Positions 1 to 11,917 of a stretch of DNA of 40,577 bases are shown in pieces (the stretch's first letter is position 1; every line of letters begins with the position of its first letter). A model generated the notes under the pieces. The model was not told the DNA's origin. It worked only from the letters and a program-made list of their open reading frames with translations, and did no database searches. Position numbers and translations under genes: made by a program. The stretch covers positions 1,332,882-1,373,458 of the forward strand of contig MU004240.1 in assembly GCA_010405405.1 (NCBI GenBank), read 5' to 3'. The DNA is from Microthyrium microscopicum (lineage: Eukaryota).

Positions 1-235
1 TGGCAAATGCAAAACACCGGTGCTTTTGTGCAAGGCTAGTGACGAGTCTGCTGTTGAAGTTGAGGATGAGGACAAGCTCAAAGCAGAGTTTGACTTTGTC
101 GAGATCAAAGAGTGGAACCGAGTACGAGATGGAATGCCTCGGAGTAGAGAGGAGATGCTGCCGATCATGCAATTCTTTGCAAGGCGGCTCCAAAGCATGA
201 GAGGCGTACCACAGGGTAGCGTCGAGCTCAACTAA
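1..235 (+). CDS. 3' end of a probable phospholipase/carboxylesterase-type alpha/beta hydrolase (5' part outside the window)
   Basis: The frame is open from position 2 to TAA at 233-235: GKCKTPVLLCKASDESAV...EWNRVRDGMPRSREEMLPIMQFFARRL. This resembles the C-terminus I recall for fungal phospholipase/carboxylesterase family proteins. The catalytic Ser motif is not in the window. Confidence 0.6.
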   Translation, partial: GKCKTPVLLCKASDESAVEVEDEDKLKAEFDFVEIKEWNRVRDGMPRSREEMLPIMQFFARRLQSMRGVPQGSVELN

Positions 236-3032
236 GAGTATATCCCACAAATATGCTCGCAATAGTCCATGAGTAAATGCGTGAATGCATATTGCCAGCA
301 GCCATGGATGTGTCCTACTACCTCCCAATGGAGTAGCAGACATACCCGACATATCAACCAGTCTGATCAACTACTGCAGCTAAATCAGCACGCTTCACTT
401 CCTCGACACTTTACGATTGCTAGAGGCACAGAACACGTTTCCCGGACAGCATTACGCTATGCCTCTCAACTGAGGAGATCATATCTAACTGGGAACGAGA
501 CAAAAAGAAATTAGTGACGTGTATCAAGTCGAGCATCGTCAATATAGATGCCAGAGGCAGATGACTTCAGCTTCATGGGCCTCAGGTGTGGCTTTTCATC
601 AAGCTCATCAACAGTCGTTGAGTTACAAAAGAGAACAACCCGTTGATCCAGTTCTCGTGAAAACAAAGCGAGACGGAAGAGGCGCCTCGTGTCTAAGACC
701 CCTTGCAAAGAAGGAGCCTGGAGAAACGAGATTCCTGTCATGGACAGACTGGATTACCACCATTTCCACTGAGGAGCAGTATATTGCTGGCTTCAAATTA
801 ATCGGATAACGTCACTAATCTTGGATCTAAGCCCTTTGAATTGCCTCTCTTTATAAACCTTCAGTCTCTTGAGCGCATCGACGGTCACCTTTGTCCATTT
901 ATGTCGCTTCGATGCTACGTTAGATATAAATACTACAGGTGTCAGATTAAGCGCCTCGTGTATATGAATCCAGCATTCGAGTAAGTGCTAGAAGATGGTC
1001 CTCCATTCGCAATTTCATGGTGCAAGGTGAGGCCATGAGGTGCCATCTACTTTATTTACTTGCCCAATGTCCGAGAAACGCAAACCAACATATCGGCTGC
1101 AAGTGATATTTGGGTATACTTATTGCCGAGTAGAACTATATTGATATGTTTTACAACTTGACCGAACAGCCCTTCTGCTTACTCGAATACTTTGAAAAGT
1201 TCGTTGTATACCCGACGAGGTACTGAGTAACCATAGGCATACATGTTCTTCATTGTCATGAATGGTTTTTACCCAATATCTCAATCTGTGTTTTCCTGAT
1301 GTCCTCAGAAGACTCTTCGTGCCTTCAGACTCGCCCGACATGGCTAAGTGTGGTGAACCAACAAGTCATTACGTATAGAACTTTTGCGATCTTGAGTCCA
1401 GTAATACTTTTGCATTCATTGCGCTACCTTCCATATTTAGATGGCTTCCTTCCAATTACCTCCTTCTGAGAAGGCTTTACGGTCTATGTTCCAATTCTTT
1501 CATCCCTTTCAGACCGTTTGACCTTTTTTTGGAGTCAAATGATGGCGAAGTACATTGTCGTCTGAGTAAACATCAACCATCACTTTGGTCCCGGTAATCC
1601 CAAAAGACCTGCATCACTGTGTATGGCTCTTCAATAGCCTGCAAGTTCAAAGGCAGACACTTCGATTCGCAATCACTCGAGCCTGATACTTCACAAAGCC
1701 AAGAGTTTCTACATTTCTCGAGTCGCTGGGACAGGTTCTGTGACATCCAGAGCCAGTCATCTTTCTTCAGGTCTGGCGGTAGCAGAGTTCGATATGCCAA
1801 ACGAGTCAAATATAATCACCGCTGTCCACATCCAAGCTGCAAACAAAGGAGCCTGAGAACAAGTACTATGCACTCAACGAGGGTCTCGTATCACCTTTGA
1901 CCAGTCTGTAGCTTTTTAAACTAATCAGTGATATCATCGACTTTGCTTACGCTAAAGAGCCTGGGGTTATTCACTATGTAGTCGGATTCCCAGCTGACAA
2001 CTCCAACGAAACATCCATATACTTGATGGAAGAGTATGAACACCAAGGATTTCTATGGTACTCACTGATAAGAGATGCAGATGTGAATCCCAAGCTATTC
2101 TGGACTCCCATCTCGCCTCTCCACAGGTGCAAAAGCTGCTCACCCGTCTGGCATTGGGTAAGGTTCTTCCCTCATAAGCGTAGCACCCGAGCTTCACAGC
2201 TTGACTCCAACTGTCTCTTACTAGCGACCCGGACATGTGGTCTTTACACCTTCAACTCTTCTCATTCTTGCTTCTTTTGAATATCGACCTGGCCGCACTA
2301 CCCATGCGCTTGATGGATGGAACTAGTAGTACAGCACAGTGAAGCTAATGAGCCACCCAGGTTGGCGTATGCCGTCATGGAGGATTTATAGGACAGCACA
2401 ATCAGAACAGTCGAGGTATACCCTGAAGCCGAGTATGCACACACGGTGCATCTGAACAGTAAGGTGGTAGAAGATAACCTCAAGCATAATGGTGTATATC
2501 GAGATGAGAAAGGAGGTTGTGAAGCTCAGAGTTGTTTCAGGCTTCCTAGGAAGATCGTAATTAGCATATAGTCTAGGATATCGTCTCTTAGCCACTCAAA
2601 TAAGTATACTAGCTTGCAGATACACTCATTTCTTCAAACCACTCATTTGGTCAAGGTCTGGCAGTATCAAACAGTGCGTGCTGGAGGTGGAAAGGTGTGA
2701 AAGTATGCGCTTTTCGATCGCAATAGATGCCTATGAGGACATGACACCATCAACTTGTGGTTCTGTTTAGCAACGTCTTCTCCATAATGATTGACAGAAG
2801 TCAGTGAAACATATTGAGTCGTAAAGCTTCTTCCTATCGATCCAAAACAACGTCTTCTAGAGCAAATGGCTGGTATATATGGCCCAGTGACTCACACTCC
2901 CATGAAAGTTTCAAGCACTTCCGCTTCGAAGCTCAGCTCAGCCAATGGCTGTGTTTTGACCGCGACTATTGGCCGTAGCCATCTAATGGTACTCTGGAGT
3001 GGTGACACTTGGCAAGATTTAAGCAAGGCGTA

Positions 3033-3052
3033 TACCTTAGGTACCTAAGGTA
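3033..3052. repeat. Perfect 20-bp palindrome TACCTTAGGTACCTAAGGTA
   Basis: The sequence equals its own reverse complement, checked base by base. Confidence 0.9.
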
Positions 3053-6000
3053 GGTAGTCCTTTAAATGAACGATACCGCTCCTTAAGGTTCCAACCAAAG
3101 CTGCCCGCTCCATACGAACCCTAGATATAAGCTGACTATGAGCTGAAGGTTATGAAACCATCGAGCAGCACCGGTATTGTTCTTAAGTTTATTGTCGCCC
3201 TTAATATAATAGCTAGATTGATTACTTCATCTGCTACGTCTCGTCTTTCATGAAGTATCTATATTAGATTTAGGTTATAGGTAATGGCATGTGCAGTGTG
3301 TCAGCTTGTCAGATTTATGTCAGTCACTGTAAAGCATGAAGCTGTTACCACTTTTGGATCTGTTTGGTTTACTTATGGGTTGTTTACTTCCACGGACACA
3401 GTGCCATACAGGAGTTATCTATGCTGAAACCTTAAAACCAGATAAAGTTGAGGGAAATCGAAAATCACCAACCATTGGCCTGTGATAAGCAAACCGTTGA
3501 AGCGACAATCAGAACTCAAGTCACTTGTAGTAATTCGAGCGGTTTTCTGCTTCTTTGGAACGTTGTTAACCTCGATGTCTTAGTCTTCAGCATTGTCGAG
3601 AACAATGATGGTCTATAGGAACCAACTGAAAGCTGACTTGTTTGGTTTTTGCCACTTTCAAGTACACTTGGTGGTGATCTATCACACCTTCGACAAAAGC
3701 CTAATGCATTTGTCGGCATGTTCAGTCTGTCACGACTTCCGCAGCAGGTATATCAGATAGAACTGGGCCATAGATACAGAAACAAATCAATTGAAAGTGG
3801 TCTGGAGCCTTTACCTCATGACTGCCAAGAGTATGTGCACTGCTGAAGAGTATACTTCATACGAGTGGAAGGAGGAATAAGGTTGATCCGTCTTGACATG
3901 GCAAGTGTTTGAATTATATTGTTCGTATTGCATTTTTGGTGTCTGTTGTACTTATGGAACATAAGTCTTTTGAGTAAACTTTCTGTCCTCTTGATATCGG
4001 GTCTTCAAAGCAACAACAAGCCTGCTGGAGAGGCTCTCATTCAATCTGCCAAGGGGCTGATTTGGCCTTGCGCATATTGTTGCAGTGTATGCGTGACTTG
4101 TTGCGATGGAATTGTAATAACAGCATTCTCTGATCACTGCCTGCCTACATGATTTTCGGTGGATACATGTTATATGTGAGATTATGTTCCTAGCATTGAA
4201 TCGTAGAGCGTAGATAAGGAGACATCTAGCTCGAGGTTCTAGACGAACAACTCACAAGCATTCAGTATTGTGGTGGAGCTGCGTCAATCGACTCGCGTGT
4301 GAATTTGAGAAACTTCTTATGTCGATGAAAGAAGCTTCTACCAACCTTCTCGAACGGCAGACCAAAAGTTACCGTACCAGCCAGGACGCCTAAAGAACAC
4401 AAGGGAGAGCGAGGAAGCGGAAAGAGAAGCAATTGATCTTCTAGGCGCAAGTTGATTGCGAACAGGGTAATGAGAAAAGCCTTGAGGCTGATGCGGCTCT
4501 CGTGGCTCTGGTGTTTTGCTGTTTTACCGTCAAAAAGAGTGAACAAGGTTACAAGTTGAACAGTGCAAGATTGGGCGTTTGTTGGTATCGGTCTAACCTC
4601 CACCGTGGCTGTTTCACCATCGACGCCTCCGCCCTGATACACATGTCAAATGACTTGGATGGTGGATGACAGGGAAGCTTTTTAGAAGACTGATGGCTTG
4701 AGAGAATGTTGATGGAAGCTGCTTCGAAAGGGGGTTGATGTTAGAGGTCCTGTTGGTCCGCAGATTTGAGGCGTTTCCACAAACGTTTAACGAGTCAATC
4801 GGAGAATTTTCTGGTGCCACCACACTATTCCCGTCACACCCGCCAATTCTTGAAGCGACATTTTGACAGTTGACCGTTGATCTACAGGCGCTATTCTTAG
4901 GCACTAATGTCAAGACCGGCCTTGTCTTTCTTGGTTTCCAAGCCTGCTGCCTTTTGGCAGTCGCACCAATACGAGAGGGAAAGTTAAGGTGATAGCAATA
5001 CTCCGCAATAAGACCGAAGCCAAAAAACCGAAAGTGCGACAGCGATTAGAATATGTTGTCCTGACAAAAGCTCCCAAGTACAGGAAAGTTTATCACCACC
5101 TGGAGTCGGGACAGCGAATACTATCTTAGATAGTGCAGAAAGGCGGGAGTTACCGCCATCGCTCTTTGAAAAGTAGTGTGAGGCTAGTTTTAGGCGTGAA
5201 TCATGGATGCCAGCAAGCCACCTTATGCTAACAATGCAACATCAACGGCGTGCTGCTGGATCTTGATCACGTTTAGAGTAATAGAGTGCAACACCTAAAC
5301 TTGACAAGCGTTCAACGTGGAGCGCGTGGCATGAATTCATTATACAACAAGTGAAGAAACGCATACCATGTAATTATGACGGATAGTGCTATTCCGTATT
5401 CATTCAAACCAAGTTGCTAAGTTTTATATCATTGCTGGACTGCTCGATTGGATTGCTGGCAGGGTTAGCACGATACGAAACAGCGAACCGTTCATGACTG
5501 AAAATCCAAAACTTGAGGCTCCAGAACGGCAAGGCAGTTGCAGTTGTTTATTGAACAACGGAACTGTAGCATTGTTTCAACAGCTCTGACATGCCAAGGG
5601 TTGCCAGTCAAACATCAGCCATCTTGAATCATCAAACGATATCTCCGAATTTGTAGTATTTTGCGAAATGTCAGCCATCGTGAGTGTAGTTGGAAGCTGC
5701 CAACACATGCATACATGAACAACCCCTGTAGTATCGAATAGCATGTATGTTTTCATAAATCCCTATTCGTACTGTAGAAAGAATTGCGGTCTCATGCGCA
5801 ATGGCACTAACTCAGCTAGGTTATCTTTGCTTGAAATATTGGGAGAAACCAAGTCCTCTGCTGATATCAATGGGTTATTTCATTTTTTGGTCCCCAAATA
5901 TCCTTGAAGCGATCTCAACCAGCAAAAGAACTGTGACCAGGGCAAGGATGGTTACTCCCCGCCTCCTCATTGCTCTTCCCGTAATCCGGAAACCAGGAAT

Positions 6001-9000
6001 AGAGAAAACAATCAACCTATACGAGAGTGACTCGTCAAACCTTGAAGCAGTTGCTTTTCGTAACCGTTCGGCCCGTATCAAGGAAGCTTGTAATAAAAGG
6101 ATGTATAATGGGTAAGCGCCTTAGAGTGGATGTACATCCTACTAACCCTATGGTTTGGCAACTTGGCATCGTTGGGTATCTTCTTAGCCTTCCGATGGCA
6201 ACTGACGATTGCACTACTACTACCACGAGCTTGAATTAGCTTTGCTGAGGACTTGAGATTCCAGGTAAGATGGGCCAATCCTGAGGACAATGTTACCGTC
6301 CAAGGTAGCACCCGATGATGGTGTGCGAGTCAAAATGAATCTCAATGGCTTGAAAAGGTCTCAATTGGTGGTGACAAAGTCACTTGATTGTGGAGCATAG
6401 AGTTGAGTACTCGGTGTCTGTACCGCGATCTTGGATCAGCCGGCGGTCGACAGTAGACCAGGCTGCAGGAGGCTGAGAGAGCGAGGATATACCCTGACAC
6501 TGCTTTTCAATTCTCACCGCAAGCTCCATACAGATCAGCTTGTTGCTCCACCTCATGCGTCTGAGTGAAAACTTGCACCTGCAGGCGGTGGCATTATTGC
6601 ATGAGAGGAGATATCTTGGGTAGTTAAGGTTCAAGATTGTCAGTCTTTGTGGCCACTGGCTGGTGTTGGCACCAGGCAGACCAGGGTCGCACGCCAAGTG
6701 AGAGTTGAAGATGTCTGGCTCTAAAGCGTTTGATGAGATGAGATCAAGCCAGTTCCAGGTTCTGATCCTTGGTCAAAGTGATGAAGGATGCCTCATTACC
6801 AATGATGGGGTGAAGTTAACGGATAGAATTACCAGGCGTCCTTACCCTGTCAAGCCTGTGTTAACCCTGCAAGATGCTGGGCCGCAGGATTCGAGATGGA
6901 CCCCGTTTTCGCTTGTAACTTGCCAGCTTGGACTCGAAAGTTGTCTGTCATTGAATACAGTACTTTGTGGGGAGAGACTACTGAAATGACATGCAAGACA
7001 TGTTGGGGCTCGGGGCACAGCTGTCAGCAATCAGCCTTGAGCATAGCACTCTGTTCCAAAGGTGGTCTTTTAGTGCTTGAGACCAAACAGAGTACCTACA
7101 CAAACATAATAGGATGATGATGGGTATACAGGTACAGACATGATTGAAGATGCCAAAAAATCCACCCCCAAAGTCAGGTAATCAAGGTTATTACGGTCAT
7201 CAGAAATCGACCCGGTGGGTGGCTCGGTAGCGAAGTCAACCCTTGATGGATCCCCGTAGTGATCCCAGAAATAGTCTCGGTCCGCCTATCGCCCTTTCCG
7301 ACTTCACTTCTACTTCAACTGCCATTATTCAACCACCTTTTCCACCATATCTCCACTTGCTTTACCACAAGAGAATCCAGCAACAACCATTTCAACATAT
7401 GGCGCTGTTTGCTGCACGTGGTGCAACTGCCCCTGATGCAACAATGCCTTATCCACATGCTCTTCAGGCTCAGTAGCTTACATGCTTCTGACTTGCTGCT
7501 AAGATGTGCTACGACAGTTCCCCAGACAGAGGGCGATAGTCAGCACTTGCGTCTCAACGCTGCCCACAGCAGGTCTTGATGGTCGAATGAAGCTGGTTGC
7601 TTTTTTACCTAGCACATTGACCATTGAGGATCGGCCTTGGACAACTTAAGCTTGGGCGGAGATTAATCGTCCACGCCGCCAGTGGCGTTGGGCCCAGCTC
7701 AGCTTTCCCCATAGTCGCCAATCAGCATCTTCTCCATGCGGCCGAGACGACCATCCTCCCGCGTTCCTTACACTGGCCTCCACCATGCACGCGGCACGCC
7801 TCACTTCAGCGCCGATGTCAAACAGCTGTCAAATCCGTAATTTGGCGTCAAAATCCTGCAAACTGCTCACCTTTGACCTCTGACGTTCTAACCATCCCTA
7901 CCAATCAAATATGGCAAAGACCATCAAGTCCCAAATCTGGCGTTCTCCACGATGCTGATCAACTTCCAAATGATCAGATGCTCAGTTGGCAGCAACTCGA
8001 TTTCCTTTTGACTGCATATGTATGGTCCACTCCGATCTGGACTCCAAATCAACTCGGGATTCGTTGTCTGACTGCACTCTTTTCGTTACTTTTGTGCCGT
8101 GCAAGGTCTACCCAAAGGCGCTGTACCCGCTAACACAAGCCCTTTTGATTTAGCGTTGTGGCCGACAAGCTCCAATCGCTTTGGTGGTTGACATGGCTGA
8201 CCGAGGTCTTGATGTACTTCGTCCTACTGGCCGGTGACGAGCTTTGCCCTCCGCCATGCGCCAGCAGGTTGAATTACTTTGGTATCTGACCACCGCAATC
8301 TTATTACTTAGTCCTTACTACCGAGAACCCAAGTGACCAAGTCCCAACCAACCTGGTCCCAGTGGTTGAGTCAAGCCTAGGGCAGAGTAACTTGACTATT
8401 CACCGATGGAATATGCCGGGGTTAGTTGTATGGTCTAGAGAGATATCGGAGAATAAATTTGGCCAATCTACTAATCTCTACCTGCCTGGAATTCATTATC
8501 GGACTTGAGCATGATAGCGGCAGTGCATTCTTCTTCAAAGGTTCTTGAGATGTTCGATAAAACGCCATGTTCGTTGGATCTGCCTAAAACTGGACATGTC
8601 ACGCTGTCACCATGCACTTGATGCGCCTCCAGTTGGCTAGGCTTTGCGTGGCTTTAGCGTACAGACCAGAAATCCGACTCTGGTCATGATGAACTCCCAT
8701 TCTTTGGATGACGGTGACGCGCAATGTCTCATTCGTTTCGAATCAAAGACCCAACAGGCTCGACTCCACTGAGAGCCGTTTCTTGCAGGGAAAGGCTTGT
8801 GGATTCATTCAGCCTCTCACGGCTTCGATCCCCCACGGCTTCTGCAAGGATGAGGCTTTGCTAGAAGCCGTCTGCAGTTGACAGTCGTTCCCTCACGTCT
8901 TTCATCGTCCATATGCAAGATGCGACTGGCTGAAGCGAGGGCAAATGTTCCGAAGCAGTGCGTGAAGTAGTGGCAAGTCATGCCTCATGTGGATCTACCT

Positions 9001-10127
9001 TTCTTGAATCTGTGATTGGGTAAACGACAAATAAGTGACAGCTTGGCTTCTTATTGCTCGAAATAAGAAACGCATTGGAGCAGGAGTTCATAGAGACTTA
9101 CCTGACGGGCCTGATTGAAACTTGTCGCTGGCCGTGCTAGAGACCTTGAAGATCGTGGTGGCTGTTGGCTTGCCGAAACAGCTTTTAGTAACTTGTTGAA
9201 TCCATGAGTTCTTTCTGGCTCATGCGTACTTAGACTTCTTCGTCTCAAACGTGCCGATGCTCGTGCACTGTCTTTCTGCTGTAGGTTTTGTAGAGTCCAA
9301 CGCCATTCGGAGAAATAGAACTCAAGTTCGAACGCTAGCGCTTCACTTCACCTGTCAAAACGCTTAGACAACGCTTTGGCTCCGTCTGGCTTGACGGCCC
9401 ATGTAAGGTGCCCGGCAAAGAAGGCACATCAGCTCTCTGCCAGGTCCATAGAAGCCAGCTGCTGGGTACATTTCAGCGGGCCGCTGCAGGCGAACATTCC
9501 CAAGGCGAGAGCATTCGTTGTCCAGGATCACATCCCCCTCTCCACGTACTTCCACACCCTTTTCCCTAGTCACTAATACACTTATCCCTCTTCATACCGA
9601 AAACCGCGATCGTACTCCATATTGATTACAAGTGCGATCACAGTCCATCTCGAAGGTCACTGCTCTCTCTCTCGAACGTTTCAGACCTGAGGACCTTGAT
9701 ATCGCTTTGCAACATACGCCCTCATTTTTGTGCCGAAGTGCTGGTACAACGCCGGCGTATTCGTCCGTGGTCAAGTCGAGCATTTGTGGTCTGCGTCAGA
9801 CGGTCTTGTCGTTGAGCTATCGGTAAATCTTGCTCAGCCTGTTGCATCTATCAAGGTCAGTTTATTCCCATCATCCTAGGAAGCGGGTGATCCGACGGGC
9901 TGGCATGTCAGACTTTGACATTTCGGCTTGACGGGTCTTTATATTGATTGACAACGCATACCCAGGGCTGCGCCCCTGTGGTTGATAAAGCCTGCACTTC
10001 ATATCCCCTCTTGCGCTTTGTGCCATTAGAAAGCGGGACGTATCTGACGCTGACGGAATTGATAGTTCGTAGCCTTGCGCCTTGAACAGAAAGGCGTTGA
10101 CCAAACTGTCCTCAGATTGATCTATCA

Positions 10128-11917
10128 ATGGAGTATCTCACCATTCAAGAACCTCGTTCAAGCTACTTTCGAGGAATGGACCACCATCAAGCAGATGGCT
10201 ACGGTGGCCGATCTAGAGATGACTTTCCCCGCCAGCCTAGACATTCTGATCATGACCGAGGCGCCTCTTCAGATTCTTATCATCGCATTGATCCGGTACT
10301 CAGCACTTCATCGAGCAAAGCGCCTCGATGGGCCGAATCCAACGGATCATCTTTTTACTATCCTCATCCAACCGAATCATCGATAGCACCAGTCTCGGGG
10401 TCAAATCCGGCTCGAGCAGCTCCATCTAGTTCAATCGCTTCTCTATTACGACCCGTGGATCAGAGCGGACAAGAGCCAGGTAGGCCATCAACCCCAGAGT
10501 GGAATCATCCGGTCCAACCTGTCCCAGTGCGACCAACTGGTCAAACGGTGCAAGAGCTTCAGGCCAAAGAAGAACAGCAACCGCTTAAACTGCCTTCATT
10601 CAACTCAGTAAGTAACTTTGGTCCCTCAGACTCCATTTTGGGTGTTGTTTGTGTGTCTTGAAACATGGGGTGCCAGGTTCTGACAATGATCCACAGCTAG
10701 TCGAACTGCTAGAACGCAATCCGGAGCCTATCAATGGAACTTCTAGATCAATCCCAGCCGCGACAGATGCTGCATGGAAACGCCAAGAACCCACGGCCTC
10801 GTTTCCTCCACTCGAGCCTCGCACGTTTCAGTTCGGCGGACGTGGACCTTCCGGTAGAACCAATCTGTCCAGTCCCACTGCTCACTACCTCGCAACCTCG
10901 GAGCCAACATCACCGCACGCCTACTCTAGCAGTGGACATCGCCATCCATTGAGTCCACGTGGTGGAGCCGCAAGCCCAAGATCACACCGTACTCATGTAC
11001 GTAGGGCCTCTGATTATCGAAACAGAGCCTTCACTCAGGCAGCGCCACCTACTCGTGAGATTCGCGTGCCAGGCCCTTTTCCAACGTCCCATCACAGAAC
11101 TCAAACGTTCCCTTCATATCCTATAGTTCCAGGCTCTTCATCCAATTTCAAGGGCGAGCATTATCCACATCAGGCACCTGGTGGTCCATATGGTGGAGAA
11201 TACCCGCCAATTCCTTCAATTCCAGGTTCGTTATTGCGACATCCTCCGTTGGCGCCGGCTCCTCCAGGCCATGCTCTTGGCCACGTCCGAAATGACAGCG
11301 TCATGAACACCACTGAGGAGTCACGCTTCTACTCGAGTACTTTCCAAGCCAGTTCGGCGGGTATGGCCAGCCAGACAAGGAAAAGAAGGGGTAATCTTCC
11401 AAAAGATGCGACTCGAGTCCTTAGACAGTGGTTTGACGAACATTTGGATGCGCCGTATCCGGGTGAAGAAGTAAAAAATCAGCTGTGCCTACGCACTGGA
11501 CTACAAATGAGCCAGGTGAGTCTTGCCCTTTTAATAGTTTTTGTTGCAATGCTGGATGAGGATCAAAAATCCAATATTGGCGAGTCATGGCGTTCAATAG
11601 TCTCACGACAGCTCCCATGATGACCATCACACATTAATGCATCGTCAAAATGTTTTGTTCGGCAAATCGTGTTGCATCCTTGCTCTTTGTCAATATCCTT
11701 GATCCCTATCCTGTTTTGCGGATTCTCTCTTTTCATGGATCCTTACTGATTTTCATCTCCGCAGGTCAACAACTGGTTCATCAACGCTCGCAGACGACTC
11801 CCACGACAAGATCGACCACGGAAAGAACGCGAATCTACCGACATCAGCGAAGGGTCTCCACCAAGAGATCGCCTGCAAAATCTTAGACCCCCTGGCCCAC
11901 CCGACTATTGGGCATGA
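10128..11917 (+). CDS. TALE-class (Cup9/Tos8/TGIF-like) homeodomain transcription factor, ~483 aa, 3 exons: 10128-10607, 10697-11515, 11765-11917
   Basis: The spliced product contains RKRRGNLPKDATRVLRQWFDEHLDAPYPGEEVKNQLCLRTGLQMSQ|VNNWFINARRR, with the PYP three-residue loop extension and WFIN helix 3. Introns are GTAAGT...CTGAC...CAG (10608-10696) and GTGAGT...CTGAT...CAG (11516-11764), both phase 0 and frame-preserving. The N-terminus is long and Pro/Ser-rich. Confidence 0.9.

Noticed and set aside
511..2600. Several short protein-looking ORFs (511-741 minus, 1573-1809 minus, 2023-2280 plus, 2386-2595 minus) as exons of one gene
   Set aside because: I found no recognisable domain and could not join them with consistent splice sites. 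They may be decayed sequence, so BLASTX is needed.
5801..8133. ORFs of 60-170 aa on both strands, including a hydrophobic stretch at 5875-6081 and a Cys-rich frame near 7400
   Set aside because: Many start at non-ATG codons, overlap each other and lack motifs. Their lengths fit chance ORFs.
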